Of a stretch of 64,000 nt of DNA, positions 7,810-17,596 are shown one piece after another. The position numbers and the translations under genes are program-made. The stretch lies in IMG/VR virus record IMGVR_UViG_3300045988_015843. One strand, 5' to 3'. Numbering within the stretch: position 1 is the first letter of the stretch; every line of letters begins with the position of its first letter. The notes below the pieces were generated by a model. The model was not told where the DNA came from and made no database searches. It saw only the letters and a list, made by a program, of their open reading frames with translations. The DNA is from a virus.

Positions 7810-7861
7810 AACCCTCCTGGTCCGGGTTTGACTCCTGGTAGGGCTACTAAAATATAATAAG

Positions 7862-8425
7862 ATGGAAATTAAATTCAAGAAACTTTCTCATAAGGCTGTA
7901 ATGCCTTCAAAAGCACATAAGACAGATGCTGGTTTTGATCTAACTACTACGGGTATAACGACAGAGTTGAATGAGTGTGGTCAGTTGGTGATCGTATATC
8001 ATACAGATCTTGCATTAGAGATTCCTGAAGGATACTTTGCTCTGGTGATGCCAAGATCATCTATTGCAAAGAAGTCATTACGTCTTACGAATAGTTGTGG
8101 TGTGATCGATTCAGGCTATCGTGGTGAAATACTTGGTAAATTTATCGCAACTACAGATGTTGTTCCTGCCGTATACAAGGTTGATGATAAATTTGCTCAG
8201 CTGGTGATCTTGCCTGTTCCTGATGTAGAGTTTGTTGAGTCTGATAATTTTTCAGAATCTGATCGAGCTGATGGTGGTTACGGATCTTCTGATAAGGCAC
8301 AGACTGCTGTAGACTCTGATACTAATACATCTGGCAACGACGAAAATATTTCAGTGCGAAGTGCACGACCGACAGATTGGCAGTCTGCAGTAACTGAGGA
8401 CAATCAGTGCGAGTCTGCAGCATAA
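7862..8425 (+). CDS. dut: dUTP diphosphatase (trimeric dUTPase) with an acidic C-terminal extension
   Basis: 'DAGFDL', 'PRSSIAKK', 'GVIDSGYRGEI' and 'RADGGYGSSD' match dUTPase motifs I-V. Confidence 0.85.
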   Translation: MEIKFKKLSHKAVMPSKAHKTDAGFDLTTTGITTELNECGQLVIVYHTDLALEIPEGYFALVMPRSSIAKKSLRLTNSCGVIDSGYRGEILGKFIATTDVVPAVYKVDDKFAQLVILPVPDVEFVESDNFSESDRADGGYGSSDKAQTAVDSDTNTSGNDENISVRSARPTDWQSAVTEDNQCESAA

Positions 8426-8453
8426 TAACACATGACAACCATCAAGGTTGTTT

Positions 8454-8528
8454 GGAAGTTTAGCTCAGTTGGTTTAGAGCGTCTGCCTTACAAGCAGAAG
8501 GTCGATGGTTCGAATCCACCAACTTCCA
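8454..8528 (+). tRNA. tRNA-Val(UAC)
   Basis: GGAAGTT TA GCTC AGTTGGTTTA GAGC G TCTGC CTTACAA GCAGA AGGTC GATGG TTCGAAT CCACC AACTTCC A. This is a canonical cloverleaf with one A-C mismatch in the T-stem. The anticodon TAC is at 8489-8491. Confidence 0.85.
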
Positions 8529-8564
8529 CCTTCATTTTTTTCATACTGACTTTTTGAATTTGCG

Positions 8565-8588
8565 TTACTCCAACTTCGGTTGGAGTAA
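8565..8588 (+). other. 10-bp perfect hairpin with a TTCG loop at the start of the late block
   Basis: TTACTCCAAC (8565-8574), loop TTCG, GTTGGAGTAA (8579-8588). No T-run follows. The 10-bp palindrome CGTATATACG at 8592-8601 lies just downstream. Confidence 0.6.
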
Positions 8589-8612
8589 TTGCGTATATAC
8601 GTATATATAAAT

Positions 8613-9104
8613 ATGATTTATTCAAAGCTTAGACGTACAAATATACAGAATGCGGCAGGTACTCCTGTCACACCTCGTATTTTACATATGCAAGAGCCTG
8701 ATAAATTGAAAATCGTGGATAGCTCTCAGTTTCAATTCGGAGATGTTCTCGATGCAAAATCTACAATGGAACTTATCGGAAAGGGCGGTGGTTCTGGTGT
8801 AGATATGAAAATGCTCTAGGCATATGTGAACAAAATGACGATTGAGTATGATCCAGCAACTAAATCTGTAAAACTAATCTCTCCAGATGGGATTGTTATT
8901 GGATCTGCTGATATGTCATCTATTGCAACAGAGGGTGGTGTTGCAATTGAATCTGGTTCTTACGATAAGGGTAGTGATAAACAGAACGTGCTGCGTCTGA
9001 AAATGACTGACGGATCTTCTAAGGAGATCTTGATGAACGATGTTATGGACTCTAATGACGATTATTCTATCGACACAAAAGACATCGCATCAATCTTAAA
9101 TTAA
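8613..9104 (+). CDS. hypothetical late protein (163 aa, 1 TAG)
   Basis: Track ORFs 8589..8819 and 8826..9104 are in the same frame, joined across TAG 8817-8819. The likely start is ATG 8613. Confidence 0.55.
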
Positions 9105-9185
9105 TCACTTAAATTTTTAAATTATGGAAGAGATTAACAAAATTTATACGAGTGACACGGCTAATAGCTTTAGCAATGGTGCTTG

Positions 9186-9869
9186 ATGGGCGCAATGCTT
9201 GGTAATAATGACCGCAACGATGCCTTGACAGCTATGTTAGCTAATGGTGGTAATCAGCAGATGTGGAATAACCCGTTTGCATATCTGATATGGTTGATAT
9301 TTACCGGTCAGTTCGGTGGCTTCGGCAATAACGCAAATAATTGCATTGGTGATCAAATCCAGAATTTACAAAATCAGATTCAAGACAACCATAATAGTGA
9401 TCTCACTATGCAGGCTGTCAATGGTAACACTGGTGCTATTGCACAACTATCTCAGACATTGAATGTCGGATTCGATCAGGTACAGTCAGCTGTTAACCAG
9501 ATGACTACGATGATGTAGGGTGGTATGAACAATATTAATACATCCATTTTATCTCAGGGTTACCAGAATCAACTGAACAATTGTCAACAGACAAATACTA
9601 TTCTGATGCAGAGTCAGGCGCTTCAGAATGCTGTTCAGAACGGTTTCGCACAGGTAGGTTTCCAGGCTGAGCGAAACGCATGTGATGCTAAGGAAACAAG
9701 TACACAGAATACACAGAAGATCATTGATACCCTGACTAATCATTGGAATCTGGAACAGCAGACTACGATTCAGCAACTACGCGATGAGATTGGTAGATTA
9801 AATCAAACCAATGCTCTAATCTCAGTTCTTAAACCGAGCTCTGCTGTCACAACAACTACAACAGTTTAA
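9186..9869 (+). CDS. Q/N-rich protein with one hydrophobic segment (227 aa, 1 TAG)
   Basis: ORFs 9183..9518 and 9525..9869 are in the same frame across TAG 9516-9518. ATG 9186 overlaps the TGA of a 20-codon upstream mini-ORF. Confidence 0.55.
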
Positions 9870-9880
9870 TAAAATAATAA

Positions 9881-11191
9881 ATGCAATATTTAGATCTATT
9901 AGGCCTTCAGCAACTTTGGACGTCTGCTAAGGCCAAGTTTGCTACAAAAGGTACTCTTGCAAATAGTGGTATTACAGACGGTTACTCAAGCATTGAGACC
10001 GGTACTGTTGTCCCTATTAGGAATCTTGATAATGGTATTCTCGCAGATATTATCACTGGAAGTGATAATCATAAACTTAAGACTCAGTATGTCACAGTTG
10101 ACGCCACTGGTGGTCTTGCTACAACGAACTATGTTGACACCAAGGTTGGTGCTGTAAAGGTTCCCGCTTATACGCTCACCAAGTCTACATCTACTGATTA
10201 TGCTGCCGTATATCACCTCCAGAAGGATGGTGCTAATGTTGGTGAAGCCATCAACATTCCGAAGGATATGGTTGTTGAGTCAGGTAAGGTTGTTTGGGGT
10301 TCTTATGTTGATGGTGTGTTCACTCCCGCAACGGATAAGAAGAATGCTACTCCGTATGTTGAGTTGACTCTGGCTAACAGTACAGCTAACAAGATTTATA
10401 TCGCTGTTGCTGATCTTGTCAATGAGCATAAGGCTGGTACTGGTATTAGTATTACGAATAACACTGATGGTACTCGTACGATTGAACTTGGAGCTGATGT
10501 TAATGCAAAGATCAACTAGAGTGTGATTGAATTCAGCGTACCTAAAGAGGGCAATAAATTGCTATGCCATAAAAACAACAACGACTCAGTGGCGATATTG
10601 GCGGGTGATGGAACAAATGTTATTATAGGTGAAAATTCGGATGGAATAGCTGAGCTCACTATTAATGCGAATATTCTAAATGATGTCAATGCCGCAAAGT
10701 CTCAGTCAAGCACTAACAAGACCAATCTTGACGCACTAACTAAGCGTGTTGATGGTATTGTTGCAACGGGTGGTGAGGCCAACCAGGATGCTTATTCTAA
10801 CATTAAGGTTGGTTCTACTACGCTTGCTGCTACAAGCAAGACTGATACTGTATAGTTTGCTGGTGCTGGTCTGATTTCTGTAACTGGTTCTACTGCAGAC
10901 AAGAAGGTTACGATCGGCCACTCTAATCCGACTGGTGCCGCTGTTAAGGCAGCTGGTTTCTATAAGTTTGCTACGGATGCTGCTGGTCACGCTACTGGTT
11001 TGACTGCTGTTGCTGCTAGCGATATTACGGCACTCATCGGTGCTCATGGCCTTACGCTGAGCAAGACGAATGCTGCGAACGATACTGCTGCTATCACGAT
11101 TGGTAGCACTTCTTACACGGTTGGTCCGATTCCTCTTGGTGATGAGACTAATCCTGCTAAGGACACTGTTCGTTATATTCTGAATCATTAA
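9881..11191 (+). CDS. tail-fibre-like protein (436 aa, 2 TAG)
   Basis: ORFs 9881..10519, 10523..10855 and 11000..11191 are one frame across TAG 10517-10519 and 10853-10855. The N-terminus 'MQYLDLLGLQQLW' and 'GFYKFATDAAGHATGLTAVAASDITALIG' are motifs common in phage fibre proteins (from memory). Confidence 0.6.
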
Positions 11192-11193
11192 TA

Positions 11194-11235
11194 TTGGATT
11201 GGTACGGGGTTATCTCGTACCCAATCCATTTTTTA
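11194..11235 (+). terminator. intrinsic terminator
   Basis: TGGATTGGTACG - loop - CGTACCCAATCCA (one bulge), followed by TTTTTT at 11229-11234. Confidence 0.7.
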
Positions 11236-11246
11236 ACAACATACAT

Positions 11247-11669
11247 ATGCTATTTAAAGATTTGAAACAAGGATGTTCTGTCTACATGTTTGACAGGAAC
11301 AACATTGAGGTACACACTGTACAAGTTGTAACAGTCTCAACACCTCATATGGATAAGTACAATAACCAATTTGATATGGTGGTTGATGTCGCAGTTTTAG
11401 ATGCCGGTAAGACCCAAACGTATACGTTTAAAGATAGCAATGAAGTTGGGTATACCGGTCAACTTATGATAACTCCTAACAAAGAGTGTGTTATAAAAGA
11501 ACTCCAGTTACTTAAATCTCAATCGCAGACTATACTTGATAACATCGATCAACATAGAAATAATGTTGAAAAGTGTAATGCACTTATTCAAGAGTTTGAC
11601 CCTGCTATAAAAGCAAAGCAGGAAAACGATGCTCGATACGAAGAGCTAAAACAATCTTAGAGAGTTTGA
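11247..11669 (+). CDS. hypothetical protein (140 aa, 1 TAG near the C-terminus)
   Basis: The track ORF begins at TTG 11199 inside the terminator hairpin, so ATG 11247 is preferred. TAG 11658-11660 is followed by 2 codons and then TGA 11667-11669. Confidence 0.5.
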
Positions 11670-11702
11670 AACAAATGATTATTGATTCTAATAAACCTAA
11701 CG

Positions 11703-12191
11703 ATGGAAACTCTTGATAAGATATTTAAAGATTATGGATACGATAAACAAACATCGGTAATTCATAAAGCGATCACAAACATATCTGAATATTTACAGAA
11801 GGTTTTGGATAAAGACCAGTATTGTAAAGTGATCAAAGATACATATTGTACGTTTGTTGGTGGACATTACAATGAACCGTTTGCTGATGATCAGGTATCT
11901 AAGATGTATTACGAAAAAGATGGGTCTAAATACACAGGACCATTTTTGAACAAGAATCTCGTACTAAATAAGTATAAAGAGATACGTGGCGTAATACCTG
12001 ATTATAATGAGTGGGATTATTATGTAACTGTACAGATGATATATTCAGATAACTATAATCTCATACATGAGTGGTTTCCGAACATATCAGAAGATGAGTT
12101 CAATCAAAAGATTTATCAACTTGCTACCAACTGGTTGAACGATAAGGATAACCCGTTTGGTAATAGTAAAACATGGTGTTATTTTAACTAA
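11703..12191 (+). CDS. hypothetical protein (162 aa)
   Basis: Intact ORF. ATG 11703 is preferred over the track's TTG 11682. Confidence 0.55.
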   Translation: METLDKIFKDYGYDKQTSVIHKAITNISEYLQKVLDKDQYCKVIKDTYCTFVGGHYNEPFADDQVSKMYYEKDGSKYTGPFLNKNLVLNKYKEIRGVIPDYNEWDYYVTVQMIYSDNYNLIHEWFPNISEDEFNQKIYQLATNWLNDKDNPFGNSKTWCYFN

Positions 12192-12199
12192 TATAAATA

Positions 12200-13753
12200 A
12201 TGAAATTTTTAGATCAATCAGGTTTAGTAATTGTTCAATCTTGGATCAACAATAGCTTTGCAAAAGTTGATCAAGCGTTCGGTACTATAAGTTATGCAGG
12301 AAACATATCCGGTATAACTGTTAGTCAAGTCAGTACAACAACAAACGGTAGTCCTTCAACTGTTTATTACGACACAACTGGTGGACAATTTGTATTGAAA
12401 GCTGGTAACAACGTATATTACAACAACTGGCCGAACAAATATGTATGGGTTGTTCCTGGCATTAATGAGCCTTGGGGTTGTGTAATCTATAAAGATCTGA
12501 GCTTAAATAAGCTATATAAATATCTTCCCGAGGAAGGTAGTATGACAGCGTGTGACGTAACAGATTATCCTGCAATGCGTCTTCGTGATCTGCTTGCTGA
12601 TATTGAGATGTATATTGCTCAGAAAAGTATATATGCTCCGTCACAGCATACTCACTCTATTGCAAATGTTACTGGACTTCAGGCCAAGCTTGACACTATA
12701 AACAAGGGTTTGACCGTACTTGGACTTGATCAATGGGGTGCTGTTAAAGTAGATGGTGTTCTGACCAATTCTATTAATGCTGCACAAGGTGGTGTTGGAA
12801 ATCCGACCGATATATATATTGCACAGTCTATCTCAAGTCCGTCTGGTACGATATCTGGAATTGTTGGTAGGATTGGATCTGCATATTATACGACATGGAG
12901 TGGTACTAATGTACCAACCAATTTGTATATGAAGACAAATGGTAGTCCTTATTACAGCAAGTATTATTATACTATGGGTTCTAATGGTCTGCCAAACGCG
13001 GTATACAGATGGAACGGTCAGAAGTTTACGATCGATGAGGATTATTCAGATCATTCGATTTCTGATGGATTCGGCAAAGACCTTGAGGATGCAATACAGC
13101 CGGCATTGGATTATATTGATACAGTATCTGCTGAGTCGGTATCCAGAACAGATGCTGTTACTCATAGTGCTATTAGCAGTACATCTAGCACAGTAAGATT
13201 AGCTTATGTACTTTCGTCAGCAAGTACACATGGTAATATTAAGAATGCTAGTGCTTCAGAGCTCGGCCTTGTCAATGGTGTAAGTTCATCAGGTACAGGT
13301 AATGTTGTAACAAGTATGTCAAAAGCTGCTAACTCAAGTAGTATTACATGGGAACGTAATTGGGTTGAGCCGTGGACAGCTAATGCTTATCATAAACAGG
13401 CATCTGCAACAGCTCGTATTTCAGCTACTGAAGGTGAGTTCTCGGTCCTTGACTTCAGATCAGGTTCAGGCATGTATCTTGGTTTTGCATCTCCGTATAG
13501 TTTGACTAACGGCATGAACCATCATTGGAGAGGTTTGATTATGAAGAAAGCTAATCAGCCTATTAATATTGCAAAGCCTTCAATGCTCAAAACAGATTCT
13601 GTAATCCTGTGTAACCTTCCACAAACTCAGATTGTTAGTGGTACGAATTTCTATTTTGACGCATATACTACGACAAATACATCATCACTATCACATGATA
13701 CTTTGGTACTAATACTGTATCCGGTTACAAACGTATTAGAGTTTTCAGCTTAA
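12200..13753 (+). CDS. tail fibre / receptor-binding-like protein (517 aa)
   Basis: The N-terminus 'MKFLDQSGLVIVQSWINNSFAKV' is paralogous in pattern to the 9881 gene's N-terminus. The product is S/T/G-rich and contains no TAG. Confidence 0.55.
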   Translation: MKFLDQSGLVIVQSWINNSFAKVDQAFGTISYAGNISGITVSQVSTTTNGSPSTVYYDTTGGQFVLKAGNNVYYNNWPNKYVWVVPGINEPWGCVIYKDLSLNKLYKYLPEEGSMTACDVTDYPAMRLRDLLADIEMYIAQKSIYAPSQHTHSIANVTGLQAKLDTINKGLTVLGLDQWGAVKVDGVLTNSINAAQGGVGNPTDIYIAQSISSPSGTISGIVGRIGSAYYTTWSGTNVPTNLYMKTNGSPYYSKYYYTMGSNGLPNAVYRWNGQKFTIDEDYSDHSISDGFGKDLEDAIQPALDYIDTVSAESVSRTDAVTHSAISSTSSTVRLAYVLSSASTHGNIKNASASELGLVNGVSSSGTGNVVTSMSKAANSSSITWERNWVEPWTANAYHKQASATARISATEGEFSVLDFRSGSGMYLGFASPYSLTNGMNHHWRGLIMKKANQPINIAKPSMLKTDSVILCNLPQTQIVSGTNFYFDAYTTTNTSSLSHDTLVLILYPVTNVLEFSA

Positions 13754-13766
13754 TCAATAACCAGCC

Positions 13767-15008
13767 ATGATAAACAATAAACTATTATATTATAAAACAA
13801 AGGATGGTTATGTTAAAGATGCGTCAAACATCTCTTCTGAATCAATAGTTTTCATCGAAGATGATGGTACAATACGCACACATAACAAAACATTCGGACA
13901 GCCGTTGACGGCTGACGAGGACAACCTTACTGTGAAAAACAATGTGATTACAGTTAAGAATCGTATATCGGATCATGGTCGTGGCTATGTTGTTCTCAAG
14001 AAAGACGATGATTTTGTATCATCTGTTGTAGACCAAAATACAACGTATGTTATCAAATATGATTATGTACTAAATGAAGGTCTTAATCTACCTAAGGATG
14101 TAACCCTTAAGTTTGAAGGTGGCTCTCTTACAGGTGGTAGTATCGTTGGTCATGGAGCGTATATAGACGCTCCAACTGATCATCAGATATTTAATAATGT
14201 ACTTGTTGGAGGAAGCTTCTACAATCGTTACTTACCTATCGAATGGTTCGGGCTCCAGAGAGGTACAATAGTGGGTGTAAACTCATTTAATCTAAAAGGT
14301 ACTAAATCTGTAGACAATCTTCCTCAAGATCCTGAAGAGTATGATGCATATGCCGTAGGTCATGATGTATACGTATATTATAAGGACAGAGGTTGGATTA
14401 AGCATGAGAATATTATATCAAGCAAAGCTCTTGATATACAAGCATCACAACCTTCTGAGAGCATATCTATAACTAGTACGAGTATTGATTACGCTGTATC
14501 AGAAGATGGTCAGAATGCTCCAGCAACTGGATGGGCTAAAGAAATACCTACTATAACAATAACACATCGATATGTATGGACTCGTACGATTGTGAATTAT
14601 TCTGATGGTACGAATACAACATCTTATTCTGTAGCATACTCTGGTAAAGATGGTAAGAACGCTTCTGCACTCACTATAAAGGGTCGTGCTGGTAACCATT
14701 TTGCAACAGTAGATGATTTAAAGGCTAGCAATCCTCCTCAGATTTCAGGAACTGTTATATATCTAGTCGATAAACCTTCTGCACACATTACAATAGTAAA
14801 GGATGGAAATGTATTAGCTGGTACTGATGAGCAGGTTAATGATGGTGATGCATACATTATAGCAACAGCTGATAATTCTGGTTCAACAAATGATGTTGTT
14901 TGGATTGCTACAACAAATGGTTGGATTGAGTACCACGGAGGTATCGGATCTGATTCTGAAGTAGATGTTATAACAGATAAAGACCTGTCTGATATGGGTA
15001 TTAAATGA
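13767..15008 (+). CDS. tail-fibre-like protein (413 aa)
   Basis: Intact TAG-free ORF. The call rests on composition and on its position among the fibre genes. Confidence 0.5.
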   Translation: MINNKLLYYKTKDGYVKDASNISSESIVFIEDDGTIRTHNKTFGQPLTADEDNLTVKNNVITVKNRISDHGRGYVVLKKDDDFVSSVVDQNTTYVIKYDYVLNEGLNLPKDVTLKFEGGSLTGGSIVGHGAYIDAPTDHQIFNNVLVGGSFYNRYLPIEWFGLQRGTIVGVNSFNLKGTKSVDNLPQDPEEYDAYAVGHDVYVYYKDRGWIKHENIISSKALDIQASQPSESISITSTSIDYAVSEDGQNAPATGWAKEIPTITITHRYVWTRTIVNYSDGTNTTSYSVAYSGKDGKNASALTIKGRAGNHFATVDDLKASNPPQISGTVIYLVDKPSAHITIVKDGNVLAGTDEQVNDGDAYIIATADNSGSTNDVVWIATTNGWIEYHGGIGSDSEVDVITDKDLSDMGIK

Positions 15009-15009
15009 T

Positions 15010-15525
15010 ATGTTTGACATACAAGGAAATAAAATAAAACTAAGTACTGAGGATTTAGCAATACCCCCATTTAAAGATTACTACAACAATGCTGAAGATA
15101 AGACGTATGCATTAAAGGCTATTGAATACGTCATATGGAATAAGAAATGGAATAGTCCATATAATGCATATCCAGAAAAAGATAGAGCGTCTAAGATAGC
15201 TTATGATGTGTTTGGAGATGCTAATTATATTCCAGATGATACAGTTAAAGATTTGATGCAGCGATTTACAGAATTTCAAGAAACTCCTGGAACAAGATTG
15301 CTAACAGCATCTAGATCTGCTGCAGAAGGACTTATTGAAGCATTGAGTAGTTATTCTGAAGATGGTATGGATATTGACACAGCTATCAAAGTTACTCGTA
15401 TCCTCAAGGATGTTGGTAATATAGTCAAGTCTCTTGATATAGCTGAAAAACAAACTAAAGCTGAACAATAGGAGACTGGTAGAATTAAAGGCGGTGGTAC
15501 ACTCAGCGCTTTTGAAATTGCTTAA
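15010..15525 (+). CDS. hypothetical protein (171 aa, 1 TAG); small terminase subunit possible by position only
   Basis: ORF 15010..15471 reads through TAG 15469-15471 to TAA 15523-15525. It lies immediately upstream of TerL. Confidence 0.5.
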
Positions 15526-15527
15526 AC

Positions 15528-17594
15528 ATGATTGATTTTAATAAGAAAATAGTTAACTCAGATAAGTTTAGACAAGCTGCTTTATTCTTCGAAAAGAACG
15601 GATGTTATACGTTTGCTCCAGAAGGTACGACAGACTACTTCAATTATTGGAAACAAGAACAACAAAGATGTTTAAATGGATACACAGCTCCTGATGGAGA
15701 TTAGATAACTGGGTATCATTACTTTTATCTCAACTATAGTCCTATTATGAAGCTTGTTGAAACAGAATACACAGATCGTAATGGAACTAAGAGAACTAGA
15801 CGAGAGCGTTTGTTTAGATTTCCTGATTTTTGGGATTACGATTGGTTCTATTATAATGCTATAGAACAGGCTGAAGATGAAGGTAAACATATGGTTGTAC
15901 TTAAAGCTCGTGCTCGTGGATACTCATTCAAAGGTGCGTCTATGTTATGTAGAAACTATTTTCTTATTCCAAAATCAAAGAATTTTGCTGTTGCATCGGA
16001 ACAAAAGTTTCTAACAGGTGATGGTTTGTTAACAAAAGCTTGGCAAATCATGGACTTCTTAGATAAGCACTCTGGATGGGCTAAACGAAGATTGAGAGCA
16101 ACTTCTTTAGAACGTACATCTGGATTTAAGGTTAAAGATGAGATAACAGGTAAAGAGGTTGAAGATGGTTATCTATCTAGCGTAACAGGTATAACACTTA
16201 AGAATGATCCAGAACGTATTCGTGGTACTCGTGGTAGATTGTTCTTATGGGAGGAGTCTGGTAAATTTCCAGACATTAAACAAGCTTGGCAAATAGCAAG
16301 ACCTTCTGTAGAAACAGATGACGGTGTTGCGTTCGGATTGATGATTGCATTTGGTACTGGCGGATCTGAGGGTGCAAACTTTGAAGGTTTGTCAGATATG
16401 TTTTATCATCCAGAAGGCTTTAATTGTTTAGACTTCGATAATATTTGGGATGAGGGTATGGCTGATAAGAAGTGTGGATTCTTTGTTCCAGCATGGTCTA
16501 ATCTGCAATCAGATGAACATCCTGAATGTATGGATTCTGATGGTAATACGAATAGATCTGCATCTGTATAGGTAATATTAGAACAAAGAAGAATCGTAAG
16601 AGATAGTCAGCCTGATGAAACTGTAACAGATAGATATATTGCAGAGCACCCCAACACACCTTAGGAAGCAATTCTTGAGGTTGGTAAAAACATATTTCCA
16701 AAAAAGCAATTACAAATGCAGCTTAACAAACTAAGGACGAACACGAAATTAGCTAATATGAAACATGTTGTTGACTTGGTTTGGGAAGGGGATGGTACTG
16801 TAAAAGCCATTGAAAAGAAGGGTGGTGATATAACACACTACCCACTAAAGAAAGGAGAGTAGCCAACAGGATCTGTTGTTATATACGAATATCCTGTTAA
16901 AGATCCTCCTTACGGATTATACATAGCTGGTCAGGACCCTTATGATCAAGATGGTTCTCTTACAAATTCATTAGGATCTACGTTTATATATAAACGATTC
17001 TAGCCAGGAGAAGCTTGGTCAGATGTGATAGTTGCTGAATATAGTGGAAGACCTGATACAGCTGAAGAATATTATGAGAATGTTCGTAAGCTATTGACTA
17101 TGTATAATGCGAAATTATTGTTCGAGAATGAACGTAAAGGTATATACCCGTACTTTACAAATAAGCATTGTGATTATATGCTAGCAGACCAACCAGATAA
17201 GGTTATAAGTGAAATATTCAAAGACTCTAAAGTACAACGTAAGAAAGGTTGTCATATGACAAAACAAATTAGATCATATGCAGAGGGTCTTATAAAAGAA
17301 TGGTTACTTGAAGAATATGAACCGGGTCATCCAAATCTCGAACGTATATATAGTGAGCCATTGATAGAAGAGTTGTTGTTAGATGATGGTGTACGAAATG
17401 TAGACCGTGTAATAGCTCTATGTATGGTCATGCTATATAGAGAAGAATTATATCAAGTAAAGATTGCAGCAGCAAAAGAGTAGAATAAACAAATAGATTT
17501 CTTTGAAACGCCATTGTTTAGTAACCAATGGTTTGACGAAGATAGTTCGTACGATAATTAGTACGACAATAACATTCCGACATTTACGTTTTAA
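15528..17594 (+). CDS. terL: terminase large subunit (688 aa, 7 in-frame TAG)
   Basis: The pieces 15528-15701, 15747..16571 and 17025..17483 plus short fragments are all one frame. The N-terminus carries 'ITGYHYFYLNYSPI', followed by an ATPase region and the nuclease region 'VAEYSGRPDTAEEYYENV...LLFENERKG'. The protein is only complete if TAG is read through (for example 15702-15704, 16569-16571, 17481-17483). The stop is TAA 17592-17594. Confidence 0.85.
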
Positions 17595-17596
17595 CA

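Larger units (their letters stand above)
6796..7846 (+). tRNA. split suppressor-type tRNA(CUA): exon 1 6796-6830, exon 2 7810-7846
   Basis: Joining the two halves gives a 72-nt cloverleaf: TGCCCTA TG GTGT AGCGATTA GCAC A AGAGG CTCTAAC CCTCC TGGT CCGGG TTTGACT CCTGG TAGGGCT A. Acceptor pairs 2-7 with 66-71 are perfect, and U8, A14, A21 and the T54-A58 pair are present. The D-loop has GA in place of G18G19, matched by U56 in place of C56, so the tertiary pair covaries. Exon 1 ends in U and the insert ends in G. The anticodon loop CU-CUA-AC has anticodon CUA, which reads TAG. Confidence 0.7.

Noticed and set aside
9124-9186. A 20-codon mini-ORF (MEEINKIYTSDTANSFSNGA) overlapping the next start via TGATG.
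   Set aside because: It is too short and featureless to support as a gene. It may be a coupling or leader peptide, but there is no evidence beyond an ATG.
11199-11246. The TTG start at 11199 for the 11199..11660 ORF.
   Set aside because: The first 12 codons are the terminator hairpin and T-run of the upstream gene. ATG 11247 is the credible start.
15747-17483. Reading the TAG-delimited pieces of TerL, the portal, the tail protein and others as pseudogenes or a degraded prophage.
   Set aside because: All pieces of each gene keep the same frame, the gaps contain TAG only and never TAA or TGA, and conserved motifs are distributed across the pieces. Decay would also introduce frameshifts and other stop codons.
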